Origin: a virus
Taxonomy: Duplodnaviria; Heunggongvirae; Uroviricota; Caudoviricetes
Virus record (IMG/VR): IMGVR_UViG_3300020045_008999
Span: 416,001-480,000 of that record
Direction: 5' to 3' (one strand)
Length of the DNA stretch: 64,000 nucleotides
Below are positions 26,722 through 37,060 of this stretch, piece by piece. Each line of letters begins with the position of its first letter. Within the stretch, counting starts at the first letter, position 1. The notes beneath the pieces were generated by a model. That model did no database searches. It saw only the letters and a program-made list of their open reading frames with translations, and was not told where the DNA came from. The position numbers and the translations under genes were made by a program.

Positions 26722-28257
26722 TTATAATTCAGATTCTAACTGCTTAATTTCGTTTAATATATCAGTAAGCTCGTCTTTCTTGGCCATCATTATCTTTTTA
26801 TTTTTCTTACGATCGGCAAATACATCCTTTAACATATTTATAGTTGGTGAACATCGCTTATTAAACACTGTATTGTTCACACAGCGAACGTGATTAACAT
26901 CATCGATAACACTACCATTGGTACAGAAACCCGGATTTTTTTTATCAATCAATCCTATAAAATTTTCAGGAGCTATAAAGAACTGGGTTTGGACAGATGG
27001 ATAAAGTGATGCAAAGTCATATGTCACACACCATCTATTCATTCCGACTACCGGATCTTTTACCCAACCCCCCTCAATACCTTTAGCTTCTGGTTTATCA
27101 CCACTATCTTTGAAAAGTACTACATTGTCTTGTGCTCTAAAACGGTTACGCAAAACCCCCTCAGTGATAGCGAGAGATGCTAATGACGAGTTGACTTGGT
27201 TAATAACATCGGTCACTTTTATCTTAGCCAATGATGAAATACCATATACAATCGATATGTAGTTACGAGCTTGATGAATTTTTTGCACCAAAACTGAATC
27301 GACAGCATTATAATACATAAATGTTTCGAAATCATCTTCGTACAAAGTATGCAATTGACCATTAAATTTAATCTTATCAACACCAACAAGTTTACTACTT
27401 ACAAAATCGAGAGATGACGATTCTTTAACCTTGATGGATGTGTCACTAATGTCATACAGTTGCATATAATCAAATATCATTCGATGTTCGGGAAGTTCAA
27501 GCCCATCCTTCATCCATACTTTATTAAGTTTTTCCGTTGGTGACGATACTTCTGGTTTGATGGTATACAATTTGCCACTTATGGTCTTCGTTACTTTCCT
27601 CGAACGATTAACAAGATATGTCCAGTCATAGTCAATAAAATTCCAACCAGTGATTACTGTCATTTTTGGTACCATTTTATAGAAAAAAGAATACAGCATA
27701 TCAAATTCATCATCATATTTAATATATTTGAAATCATAGACTACGTTATCTTTTTTGAAATACTCATTAGTATTATTGTGTATTCGTTTTTGTTGCTCTT
27801 TACTAAGGTCCTTCAATCCCATTAGAATGATTTTATCCTCATATACTACTGAAATTGATAGAATTCGAGTACTAGCACCTTCTTTACTAAGATTTCCCAA
27901 AACATCAAACTCATCTGCTGGTGGCGCATACCCATCATCACCCTTTTCGGTTTCAATATCCACAAAGTAAATTTCCGGTAAATTGTATTCAAATATTTCA
28001 TCCTGAACTTCGATTGGTAAAGCATCTAAAAATTCATATATAGCATAACGATCTGGGTGATTCACGCGTTCTTTTTTCACCGGAAACCCATCCCACGATT
28101 TAAATACCGGTTCTTGTTCCGGATCACCATAATCGCATTTTACATATTTAGTAGGATGCTCCCAGTGGAAGTATTTAATTTCAGTTTTACCAGACTTTCC
28201 AATAAAACTTACGATTAATCGTTTAGAGTAATAATCGTATTCCGTATCTATTAACAT
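26722..28257 (-). CDS. Family B DNA polymerase, N-terminal half (3'-5' exonuclease + motif A) of a split gene
   Basis: VDIET, GWNFIDYD, YNAVD, YDFASLYPS present; KxxxNSxYG and YGDTDS absent. Start placed at MLIDTE, downstream of the promoter motif. Confidence 0.9.
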   Translation of the reverse strand: MLIDTEYDYYSKRLIVSFIGKSGKTEIKYFHWEHPTKYVKCDYGDPEQEPVFKSWDGFPVKKERVNHPDRYAIYEFLDALPIEVQDEIFEYNLPEIYFVDIETEKGDDGYAPPADEFDVLGNLSKEGASTRILSISVVYEDKIILMGLKDLSKEQQKRIHNNTNEYFKKDNVVYDFKYIKYDDEFDMLYSFFYKMVPKMTVITGWNFIDYDWTYLVNRSRKVTKTISGKLYTIKPEVSSPTEKLNKVWMKDGLELPEHRMIFDYMQLYDISDTSIKVKESSSLDFVSSKLVGVDKIKFNGQLHTLYEDDFETFMYYNAVDSVLVQKIHQARNYISIVYGISSLAKIKVTDVINQVNSSLASLAITEGVLRNRFRAQDNVVLFKDSGDKPEAKGIEGGWVKDPVVGMNRWCVTYDFASLYPSVQTQFFIAPENFIGLIDKKNPGFCTNGSVIDDVNHVRCVNNTVFNKRCSPTINMLKDVFADRKKNKKIMMAKKDELTDILNEIKQLESEL

Positions 28258-28343
28258 ATGCTTGTTTATTTTTATGTACATATTATACCTAATAAATAAG
28301 CATTTGTTTAAAAACTTTTACTTCTATTTATATTATACTATAT

Positions 28344-28559
28344 ATGGAAAAATTCAACCCGGGTGATGTAGTAATTAACCATTATACTAATCGACAGTCT
28401 GCTACACGATGCATATTTCTTTCATATAACACTTATAGCGAAGCAATCGTAAATTTGGTTGATTCCAATGACCTAATCATTAGGACATATGTCAATGATA
28501 TTACATCAATATCATTGTATAGACAAATAATAATAAATGATATTTTAAATATTGATTAA
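28344..28559 (+). CDS. Small hypothetical protein with C-terminal RxxxIxxIL motif
   Basis: Ends YRQIIINDILNID. Confidence 0.7.
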   Translation: MEKFNPGDVVINHYTNRQSATRCIFLSYNTYSEAIVNLVDSNDLIIRTYVNDITSISLYRQIIINDILNID

Positions 28560-28561
28560 AC

Positions 28562-28596
28562 AAAAAAAGGGTTCCCAAATGGGAACCCTTTTTTTT
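28562..28596. terminator. Strong bidirectional terminator after the capsid gene
   Basis: AAAAAAAGGGTTCCCA-AA-TGGGAACCCTTTTTTTT. Confidence 0.9.
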
Positions 28597-28611
28597 CTAT
28601 TTACTATTTTA

Positions 28612-30285
28612 TTAGTTCAAGTAAGATGCAGCATCCTTAACAATAATAGTCATATATTGTTTTTGTGGATACCATCCCATTTCAGCTACTGCATAACGGG
28701 ATCTCAATAGTAATTTAGGAGCCATAGTAGCTTCTGAAATAATGTTTATTGATTGTGCCATTAAATACGGTACGAATAAGATACCTGGTTGGTCTGCATT
28801 GTTTTTTCTACCAACTAAAATTCTATTGTCATTGAATTTCATGTATGGATCTACGTAGATAGTAATATCTCCGATTGAACCTACTGGATACAATTGACCT
28901 GAACCGTTCATTTTAGATTTCAATGGATTAACAGTATATCCAGCAACATCCATAAGAGCTGCACCAATACCACCATTTGTTACTAAGAATTGTGCTGGTC
29001 CAACACGTCCTTCTGTAGCTAAGAAGTTAGAAGCATGAACAACTTTAGTGATCAATTTTCTTTGAACTGCGTGAGTTGTTTCACCACCTGGACCACCTAC
29101 TACATAATTAGTATCTAAATCAAAGATTGTTTGTCCAGCAATACCAGTCGCACCTGAAAGTGGAGCTGATTGTCTGTTTAAATCTCCCATTTCAAACAAT
29201 TTAGCAATAATTTGTTTTGAAATTGTTTGTGACAATTCGTTAACCAATACTGATTCCATTTTTTGAACAATATCTAAACCTGTATTAGCTTTAATATCTT
29301 CAATTTCAGTTCTTCTTAATGCAGAAGTAACTTCGATTGTTCCAACAGTTACTGTTTTAGAAGAAACTTTTGGTCCGATAACACCAGCATAGTGAGTATC
29401 ATCTTGGTATCTATCCATTGGGTAGTCACCAGCACTGTTCTTTCCAGTCCAGTTAGTAACAAAACCTGGGATGTGATCCTCTAATGCAGATACTAATGAT
29501 ACCGCAGTTTCTGATACACCTGTTACACCAGCGATACCAGTGATTGCAGATTGAATTGATACAGTTGGTCCAAATGTATTAGCGTTAGCATCAAAAACGT
29601 ATGATTGCATACCAGCAGTTCCTGAAAAGTTACCATTAGCGTTAGCTTGACGGTAAGCTCTAAAGATTGGCAAGTTGTCAATTCTAGAGAATCCTAAAAA
29701 TTCAATAGCATTTGTTTTTGAAGTTGGAGCAGTAAGTGTGAATGCACCACCAACGATAGTTCCGTAAACTCTTTTAGAGATACCACCTACAGTTTCAGTT
29801 ACTCCTAATGTAGCTAATGAAGCTCTAATAGCTGCACTAACCGCCGTGTTTTCAGCAACAGAAACTTTGAAAACTTGTGGTCTTCCTTCTGCTAAATCAA
29901 CATCATCGTATTGGAAGTCAATGAACAATAAATCGATTTTCGGACCTGGTGTTGGTTTAACCGCTACTAAATCCAAACCGATAGTTTGAGCAGCAATTTT
30001 CATAGCAACCGGTAATAGGTTTTGACCTAAATCACCTGAACCAATGTTTGAGTTTGCATAACCACTTGATGGTAATGTTCCACCTACGAAAGTACCTGGT
30101 TGTGCAGAAGTGATATTTCCCATACCAGCGATACTTGCGTTAGCGTAAGCATTTTCGTTGATAGAGTGAAATTCAGCATATTCAGACATCCAATCAAGTC
30201 TTGTTTCACCTTGAACACCCATGTTCTCCAAAACTGGAGTCCATTTTTTCAAAGCTTTTGATTTGTCTATTCTAATGTGTGACAT
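28612..30285 (-). CDS. Major capsid protein, T4 gp23-like
   Basis: KKWTPVLE, IGLDLVAVKP.PGP, YVDPY, GILFVPY, PKLLLRSRYA; highly biased codon usage. Confidence 0.93.
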   Translation of the reverse strand: MSHIRIDKSKALKKWTPVLENMGVQGETRLDWMSEYAEFHSINENAYANASIAGMGNITSAQPGTFVGGTLPSSGYANSNIGSGDLGQNLLPVAMKIAAQTIGLDLVAVKPTPGPKIDLLFIDFQYDDVDLAEGRPQVFKVSVAENTAVSAAIRASLATLGVTETVGGISKRVYGTIVGGAFTLTAPTSKTNAIEFLGFSRIDNLPIFRAYRQANANGNFSGTAGMQSYVFDANANTFGPTVSIQSAITGIAGVTGVSETAVSLVSALEDHIPGFVTNWTGKNSAGDYPMDRYQDDTHYAGVIGPKVSSKTVTVGTIEVTSALRRTEIEDIKANTGLDIVQKMESVLVNELSQTISKQIIAKLFEMGDLNRQSAPLSGATGIAGQTIFDLDTNYVVGGPGGETTHAVQRKLITKVVHASNFLATEGRVGPAQFLVTNGGIGAALMDVAGYTVNPLKSKMNGSGQLYPVGSIGDITIYVDPYMKFNDNRILVGRKNNADQPGILFVPYLMAQSINIISEATMAPKLLLRSRYAVAEMGWYPQKQYMTIIVKDAASYLN

Positions 30286-30316
30286 AATAATTTTTTATTT
30301 TTATTTTTCTTTTAAC

Positions 30317-30325
30317 TATATATTA
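30317..30325 (-). promoter_or_regulatory. TAATATATA putative late promoter of the capsid gene
   Basis: Exact motif 31 nt upstream of the ATG. Confidence 0.7.
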
Positions 30326-30369
30326 CCATTTTAAACCCTTTTTTAGCAGGGGTGGATTTTTTATAGAAA

Positions 30370-32412
30370 TTAAACTTGTCTGAATCTTTCCATGATTGCA
30401 GTCATCTCATTATCAGATAATTTATCCTCTTTAATGATGCTGTCATGAGACACTAATATTTTATTAGTAGATTCATTGGTTTTGAATTGTCTTGTTGCCC
30501 AAAAATGTTCTACCTTTGTTTCGGTATCCAATGATGTGGCCAATCTACCTTGCGATATGATTGATTTTTTAGACGTTTCAGTTAACCCTTCCCAGATTGG
30601 CTTGATATCATCAGGCATTAATCTGATCAATTTGTCTTCTAAGGACTCGTTTGTAACCGAGATTGCTTCTTGTATTAATTTCAAAACATCTTGACTAGTG
30701 TAATAGCTTCTTTCGTTTATATGAAGTTTAACTTGTTCTTGCTCTTCGTTAGTTAATGTGTAATAACTATCGATTTGAGATTTGTTCAAAAATTTCAAAA
30801 AGTGTAAATCAGTTGTTTCAGAAACTTTACGTTTAGTAGTTTCTAAAATTAATTTATTTATTTGTAATGATAATTCAGATTCGGATTCGCATACTACTGC
30901 ACACTCATCACCAACGCAGTTTTCATCATCTACTACGTCAACTACATCGGCAGTTTCAACTTGGTCTTGTGCATCAACTTCATCAATAGCATCGTTGTCA
31001 TTAACGACAGCTGATTCAATTACTGATTCTGTAATAATAGTTTCTACCGGAGCTACAGTATGCGTAACAACAGTTATAGATTCAAATCCAGCTTCGGTTG
31101 GTGATGGAAATTTAATACCATTGTTTTCAAATACTTTACCACCATTCAGCCCCTCAGCAATCATTGCTGAATAGCTAATGTTTTTGTCTAAGCTTTCCGC
31201 AATATAATCAACATAAGAAATGTTGTTATCCAAATTTTCAGCGATGTATTCAGAATATGCAATGTTCCCCTCTAAGTTTTCAGCGATGTATTCAGAATAT
31301 GCAATATTGTTATCCAAATTTTCAGCGATGTATTCAGAATATGCAATGTTCTTATCAACACTCTCAGCGATATATTCAGAATATGAAATATTACGATCTA
31401 AGTTTTCTGCTAGATATTCAGAATAGGTAATGTTTTTATCTAAGTTTTCAGCGATGTATTCAGAATAAGTAATATTTTTATCTAAATTTTCTGCCAAATA
31501 CTCAGTATAATTAACGGTTTTTTCAATACTTTCCGCTAAATAATCATTGTGTTTGATCAACTTAGTAGTAGTCTCTTTTAATGATTTATTTTCATTAACC
31601 ATAATTTGAACACTTTCTGCTAAATAGTCTAAATATCCAACAATTTTGGTATTTGTGTTGTTTAGCTCTTCATAATATTCAAGTAATTTAATTACCTGAG
31701 CTGGGTCTTGTTTACCCTCGTTTACTGCTTTACTAACCATGTCTCTCGTTTTCATAATCTCACCATTGATGTACTCAGAATATTGAGAAAGCTGCTGTTT
31801 AGTAACGATGTCATTTTGATTCATATTAAATAATTCGTTAGTTTTTGACTCGTCGGATAGATCATATATCCTAAAGTTTGTTTGTTTTTCTTGGAATCCA
31901 AGAGATTCATTTATAGATGACATTCTTGCTGAACCAAAACCTGGATCCGCTACAATATCATATGTAAATAATTTTTTAAGAGATACTGATCCATCAGATT
32001 CAGTGATACCCGCAGCCCTAGACGATACGAATATTGGACATCCATCGTCAACTAATGATTTTGCTTCTTTACCAAAATAAGTAGATAGTAATTTAATTTG
32101 ACCATCAACTCTATTATGTTCCTTAACATATGTTGCGCTGGTGATTAAGTGTGATGCTCTCGACAAAGATGTATCAAATACATCCGGATGGTCAAATTCA
32201 CCATATACTACACCCATAGTTGCAATTCGTTCATTCATCTCATCTAAACATGGTAAGAACTTAGGCGCGGTATATACTCTTTGATTTCTATTAAGAACAT
32301 CAAATTCAGTAAATATTCCACCTAATGTATAATCTTTCGTCTTTGAAGATGATACATTCTCATTAATGCTCAGTGGATTAGTGTTGTTTTCAACAATTAA
32401 TACTGGTTTCAT
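30370..32412 (-). CDS. Prohead protease (gp21-like) fused to a scaffold/core coiled coil
   Basis: NRNQRVY, GEFDHP, VSSRAAG, YDIVADPGF; start placed at MKPVLIVE. Confidence 0.9.
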   Translation of the reverse strand: MKPVLIVENNTNPLSINENVSSSKTKDYTLGGIFTEFDVLNRNQRVYTAPKFLPCLDEMNERIATMGVVYGEFDHPDVFDTSLSRASHLITSATYVKEHNRVDGQIKLLSTYFGKEAKSLVDDGCPIFVSSRAAGITESDGSVSLKKLFTYDIVADPGFGSARMSSINESLGFQEKQTNFRIYDLSDESKTNELFNMNQNDIVTKQQLSQYSEYINGEIMKTRDMVSKAVNEGKQDPAQVIKLLEYYEELNNTNTKIVGYLDYLAESVQIMVNENKSLKETTTKLIKHNDYLAESIEKTVNYTEYLAENLDKNITYSEYIAENLDKNITYSEYLAENLDRNISYSEYIAESVDKNIAYSEYIAENLDNNIAYSEYIAENLEGNIAYSEYIAENLDNNISYVDYIAESLDKNISYSAMIAEGLNGGKVFENNGIKFPSPTEAGFESITVVTHTVAPVETIITESVIESAVVNDNDAIDEVDAQDQVETADVVDVVDDENCVGDECAVVCESESELSLQINKLILETTKRKVSETTDLHFLKFLNKSQIDSYYTLTNEEQEQVKLHINERSYYTSQDVLKLIQEAISVTNESLEDKLIRLMPDDIKPIWEGLTETSKKSIISQGRLATSLDTETKVEHFWATRQFKTNESTNKILVSHDSIIKEDKLSDNEMTAIMERFRQV
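31145..31550 (-). repeat. About 10 in-frame 42-bp (14-aa) repeats YSEYIAENLDKNI[TAS]
   Basis: Visible in both DNA and translation. Confidence 0.9.
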
Positions 32413-32526
32413 GTATGAATATTTTTTTTTCTGTTTTATATATAAAATAACAAAATCAAAAAAACACACCTTGGATTGTTTATACGTTTTGGTAGTATAT
32501 TGGTATAAATTATATGTTTGTAGAAA

Positions 32527-32868
32527 TTATTTCTTGTCTTTCATTATCTTATTAAGGTAGTTTAGACCAGCATAAATATCAACAACTCTTAATTTTAGCA
32601 CAGATTGTGAGGCGGGTGATGACATACTGGCTCCCTTTTTCTTAACAAGTGCTGTGATGTATACAACGTCACCTCTTTTAATTGGTTTATTTGTTAAATC
32701 GGCATCGATTGCAACTAAGCCACTTTCAACCAAATGTTCTTCCGGCTCAGGTTCATTGAAAACATCTATTATTGAATCGATTACATATTCACCACTTTTC
32801 AAAGCATCCAAACTTATTTCGAATTCCGGATTCTCTAGGTCAGAGGATAATGCAGTGAATTTTTTCAT
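32527..32868 (-). CDS. Hypothetical protein
   Basis: 113 aa, starts MKKF; shares a palindromic promoter with the divergent gene. Confidence 0.75.
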   Translation of the reverse strand: MKKFTALSSDLENPEFEISLDALKSGEYVIDSIIDVFNEPEPEEHLVESGLVAIDADLTNKPIKRGDVVYITALVKKKGASMSSPASQSVLKLRVVDIYAGLNYLNKIMKDKK

Positions 32869-32881
32869 AATGTGGAACTTT

Positions 32882-32901
32882 TTTTTAATATATATTAAAA
32901 A
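32882..32901. promoter_or_regulatory. Palindromic back-to-back TAATATATA motifs for divergent genes
   Basis: TTTTTAATATATATTAAAAA. Confidence 0.65.
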
Positions 32902-32923
32902 TTAAAAACAAAAAATTTTTACA

Positions 32924-34255
32924 ATGGCAAGACTAATAACACTCAACGATATCAATGATGTAACATTGATAGATGAAATTTTAAGTAACGACCTCACCAT
33001 ATTTGAAGATGTTCAGGGTTCGAAAATTTATGTAATGTTTAGTAAGGATGGTATCATCATTAAGCCAAAATCATTACAGGCAAATCAGTTAAATATTCTC
33101 GACTTAGCAATCCAAAAGTATTACAATCGTGCCATTGATTATTTAAGCGCGTTGGATACTAGAACATTGTCTATGTTGAACAAAAAATGGTGGTTTTGTT
33201 TTGAATATTTTCCGGATGAACAACCGGCAAATATTGAATATGCAAGGGTACCTAAGAATAACTTGGTACTATCTTCAATTTATAAGGGGGATAAGTATGA
33301 ATATACTGTTGAGGAATTGGACGAATACGCAAGGTTACTTGATGTTGATATAATCCCAATAATATTCAAAGGAAAGTTAAGCGATAGTTCTCAAGAAGCT
33401 ATAAAGTATTTTCTAAATACCAGTGAATCAGATTTAGAGTTTGTGTTCGGCGAGAGTTCATTTGCATTCTTTTTTTACAAATTACTAAATCCCGCACTGA
33501 CAAATTCATTCTTAATGAATGATTTCCAAAAAAACATTCAAAAGTTAGTAATTAGAATAGATAACAAGGATGTGTCGTTTGAAATTTTAAACCCGCTATA
33601 CCGTAGAGTAAATGATCAAAATATGACAGATTTTACGGATATTTATACATTAATTTTAGTAAATTTCTTAACATTTATACAATCGGTAGATCTTGATAAA
33701 ATTAAATTATCAGGCAAGACCAGAGAAGATGTCTATATTTATTTGATGTGCAAATTATACAACTTATACATATCCGAGGTAAAGGATGATCTATTGAATT
33801 TTGACTTCATAGTACCTGAATTTTTTGACAAGGATAAATTTCGCATTAACACGGAAATGATAGATAATAAAATGACACGTGAGTATATAAAAGACTCCAA
33901 AAAACTGGAATACATATTAAAGGTAATACTTGGTTCGTTCAATAAGAAAAGGAAAGAAAATAAAAAAGTTGGAGTTTTCACAGAATCCACCATTATAATT
34001 TTTAATCAATTCGTGGATCAATTGTTTAGAATAATTGATATCCAATTGGCAAAGAGTACTGAAGCGGAATTAGCAAATAAAGGGTTGTTAAATTTCGAAG
34101 ATTTTTTTGATATTAAGATCGAAAAAGATGGTGATGGTGATGTGTACCCAGATGTATTTGATGAAATTATTGGTACCGGAAATTCAGAGAAAAAGAAAAA
34201 AGGTATGAAATTATCGCCAGTTGATTTTACCAAAAAAGAAGTTGATGATCTATAA
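32924..34255 (+). CDS. Degenerate RNA-ligase (Rnl2)-fold protein
   Basis: FEDVQGSKI in place of EKxDGxN; FCFEYF; IPIIFKG. Confidence 0.45.
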   Translation: MARLITLNDINDVTLIDEILSNDLTIFEDVQGSKIYVMFSKDGIIIKPKSLQANQLNILDLAIQKYYNRAIDYLSALDTRTLSMLNKKWWFCFEYFPDEQPANIEYARVPKNNLVLSSIYKGDKYEYTVEELDEYARLLDVDIIPIIFKGKLSDSSQEAIKYFLNTSESDLEFVFGESSFAFFFYKLLNPALTNSFLMNDFQKNIQKLVIRIDNKDVSFEILNPLYRRVNDQNMTDFTDIYTLILVNFLTFIQSVDLDKIKLSGKTREDVYIYLMCKLYNLYISEVKDDLLNFDFIVPEFFDKDKFRINTEMIDNKMTREYIKDSKKLEYILKVILGSFNKKRKENKKVGVFTESTIIIFNQFVDQLFRIIDIQLAKSTEAELANKGLLNFEDFFDIKIEKDGDGDVYPDVFDEIIGTGNSEKKKKGMKLSPVDFTKKEVDDL

Positions 34256-34308
34256 AAATAAAAACCATTTTGAAACAAACAAAATGGTTTTTCTCTAATA
34301 TATATTAT

Positions 34309-35478
34309 ATGAAAATAATCACACCAAAAACCTCAATATTTCAATTTTTACCACATGATCTACTCCCTTTATGTGGCCATACAAAAATAAAATACCATAA
34401 TGCAAATCTGAAAACCGCGTATCTAATTGATATAATCCACCACATGATTTTAAAGTATTACTTCCGAGATGACAACCGGTTCAACATTTCAGCGACAATT
34501 TTCAAAGAAAAGTATGGTAAAATATATAATTATTATATGGAATATCTATGTGATAAAGGAATGATTAGACTGGTGAAAAATTACAACTGTGGTAAAAATT
34601 CAAAAGTTTACGCATTGGCCGACTACATAATAGATGGCAAAATAACTAGATATTATAATACGGATACCGTATTATTGAAAAAACATAATAAGAGAATGGC
34701 GGCATATGAATCATCATACGATGATGGATTAATTGATCGTGATGTTAGAATTAAATTAATAGAAAATTTATATTCTGTAAATATTGACGTTGAGGCCGCT
34801 ATGTATTACTTGAATAACATAGTACATTCGGTTGATGCATATAATAAAAATGTATATAGTGTAGAATCTATCAAAAATTTACACATATTTTACCACTTTG
34901 ACGGATATGGTCGCATGCATACCAATTTCACAATTTTAAAATCGCACATTAGAAAAAATTATTTACAAATAGATGGACAAGAATTAATGGAGTTGGACAT
35001 AAATAATAGCCAACCGTTGTTCCTCACTAAAATTATAGATGAAACAATATTAAATGGTGTCGATGATGATGAATTTAGATTATTTAAATATCTAACACAA
35101 ACCGGCAACTTATACCAATACATTATTGACAATTCGAAAAAGTCCGCAAAATCAGAAGTGAAAAAATTAACGTATAAAGTTTTATTTGGCAAAAACTACC
35201 CAAATATGAATGATGCGATTTTCAACTATCTATTTCCAACGATACACCAATTTATAAAAAATTATAAATACCGACACAAAAATCACAAAATATTATCACA
35301 CCAACTACAAAAATTAGAATCAAACTTAATATATAATGTTATTATTAAAGAAGTGATGGCAATTAATCCAGATATAAAATTTGTGACTATACATGATAGT
35401 ATATTATTTCCAAAAAAATATGAAGCGATAGTGTCCAAAGTTTTTAATGATAATATAAAAAAAGAATTTGATATATGA
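34309..35478 (+). CDS. wHTH + family A polymerase-like catalytic domain
   Basis: YGRMHT; motif A LDINNSQP; motif B KSEVKKLTYKVLFG; LQKLES; motif C TIHDSI. Start placed after TAATATATA at 34296. Confidence 0.7.
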   Translation: MKIITPKTSIFQFLPHDLLPLCGHTKIKYHNANLKTAYLIDIIHHMILKYYFRDDNRFNISATIFKEKYGKIYNYYMEYLCDKGMIRLVKNYNCGKNSKVYALADYIIDGKITRYYNTDTVLLKKHNKRMAAYESSYDDGLIDRDVRIKLIENLYSVNIDVEAAMYYLNNIVHSVDAYNKNVYSVESIKNLHIFYHFDGYGRMHTNFTILKSHIRKNYLQIDGQELMELDINNSQPLFLTKIIDETILNGVDDDEFRLFKYLTQTGNLYQYIIDNSKKSAKSEVKKLTYKVLFGKNYPNMNDAIFNYLFPTIHQFIKNYKYRHKNHKILSHQLQKLESNLIYNVIIKEVMAINPDIKFVTIHDSILFPKKYEAIVSKVFNDNIKKEFDI

Positions 35479-35627
35479 AGGATTATGGATTGGCTTTAAT
35501 TAGTGGTGAGGTAATAAATAAAGTACGTATTGGAAATCGCATGATGGCAGTTACTTATTTTGCAAAAGTCAAAAAGTTACAAGAAACTGACTTAATACGA
35601 ATATATGAAGTTATTCTATTAAAATAA
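35475..35627 (+). CDS. 50-aa hypothetical protein (not in ORF track)
   Basis: ATGA overlap with the upstream stop; MKDYGLALISGEVINK...YEVILLK. Confidence 0.6.
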   Translation: MKDYGLALISGEVINKVRIGNRMMAVTYFAKVKKLQETDLIRIYEVILLK

Positions 35628-35645
35628 AATTATAATATATACAAC

Positions 35646-36215
35646 ATGATAAACCTTCTAGATGTGAAAACGTCCTACATACTTTTTACACCGGATCACA
35701 CATCTAGTGGGTACAGTTGGTTATGTGAAAAATATACTAGCCTAACACATGCTAAGGGTTATTCCGATATTGAACTGATATCATCTGACAATGATAATAA
35801 CTATTGCATTACATATGTCTCATATTGTGAGAACGCAATCAATGATAAAATTCGTTTGGATGCAATCGCATTAATGAGTGAATTTGGGGCTAGTTCAATT
35901 ATCGTAAAATATTTTGGTGAAAATAAACCAACAAAAATTCTTGAAAATGGCTCCGAGCGATTATTAGACATTTCATTTTACAGTAACGTAGTAAATGAAC
36001 GTGTTTATATACAAAATGGAATTTCATTTATATTCGAAACTTTAAAGCGGTTTTACTTTCCGACTAAAAAAGAGGATCTTCATAAAAACATGGTAATTGA
36101 ACTATATAACGATACCAAATGGATTGAATACGTAGTTGATGATGTTGAGACTGAATGGGAGGATATCTACGAACTATTTGCCAAGTATGAGAAAATAAGA
36201 ATTCATAGAGATTAA
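35646..36215 (+). CDS. Hypothetical protein
   Basis: 189 aa; TAATATATA at 35633. Confidence 0.75.
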   Translation: MINLLDVKTSYILFTPDHTSSGYSWLCEKYTSLTHAKGYSDIELISSDNDNNYCITYVSYCENAINDKIRLDAIALMSEFGASSIIVKYFGENKPTKILENGSERLLDISFYSNVVNERVYIQNGISFIFETLKRFYFPTKKEDLHKNMVIELYNDTKWIEYVVDDVETEWEDIYELFAKYEKIRIHRD

Positions 36216-36283
36216 AAGTGAACATTTATTTGGATATATCATATTTTAGTTATACATTTGAGGTATATAAAAAATCAAACATT

Positions 36284-37060
36284 ATGAAAACTTCTAAGGA
36301 TTCTGAACACATTATATCTGATTTATTAGTTAAGATGAGCCCAACATTAGATAAAATGGTGCAGCGCATAAAATCAGACTACGAAGCATCACATGAACAG
36401 CTATTTACCAAATACGATGAAATTTACACCCGACTATTTTTAGAAAAAGACATTGTTAAATCATTCTCATCATATGCACAAGCTAGTGATAAATTGGAAT
36501 CATTCCAACTACACGGATCAATATCTGGACAATTGAAAATATCAGCAAGGATAACGCGTGGTGATATTACGTATACCCACCTGACCGATGTCATATATGC
36601 TGGGGGACACAATATTCAAAAATTACACTACAGATATTTGACTAAAAGTGAATTACCAAAAACCGGTGATAAAACAATATTAGATAAATTTACAGCGGCC
36701 ATCAGTAGGTTAACTAAAGTAGAGGCTATATCAAATGATATTTTACGTTATAAAAAACAAATTGATAAAATGAATATTGACATCGAAAATAAACTAAAAA
36801 TGTCCGATGAAGATATTCTGAATAAATCAGAATCATATATAACATTATCTAAGATAACATGGGATGTCATAATTGAACGTGGGTGTGATAAAAATTATGA
36901 TTACAATCAAGATAATTTCATAAAATCACAAGATGATTATCGCACAAACTGTATAAATCACCACAAGACCATGATTAACTCGAATCAAAAATCGGTCAAA
37001 AGTATATCGATTCTTATACAAAAATTAGAATCTAAGCGAGACGCAATATTGGAAGATTAA
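36284..37060 (+). CDS. Hypothetical protein (AGGHNIQKLHYRY motif, coiled-coil C-terminus)
   Basis: Start placed at MKTSKD, after TACATTTG at 36253. Confidence 0.75.
   Translation: MKTSKDSEHIISDLLVKMSPTLDKMVQRIKSDYEASHEQLFTKYDEIYTRLFLEKDIVKSFSSYAQASDKLESFQLHGSISGQLKISARITRGDITYTHLTDVIYAGGHNIQKLHYRYLTKSELPKTGDKTILDKFTAAISRLTKVEAISNDILRYKKQIDKMNIDIENKLKMSDEDILNKSESYITLSKITWDVIIERGCDKNYDYNQDNFIKSQDDYRTNCINHHKTMINSNQKSVKSISILIQKLESKRDAILED

Noticed and set aside
31145-31550. 42-bp periodic repeats as a CRISPR array
   Set aside because: In-frame coding repeats with synonymous variation and no unique spacers.
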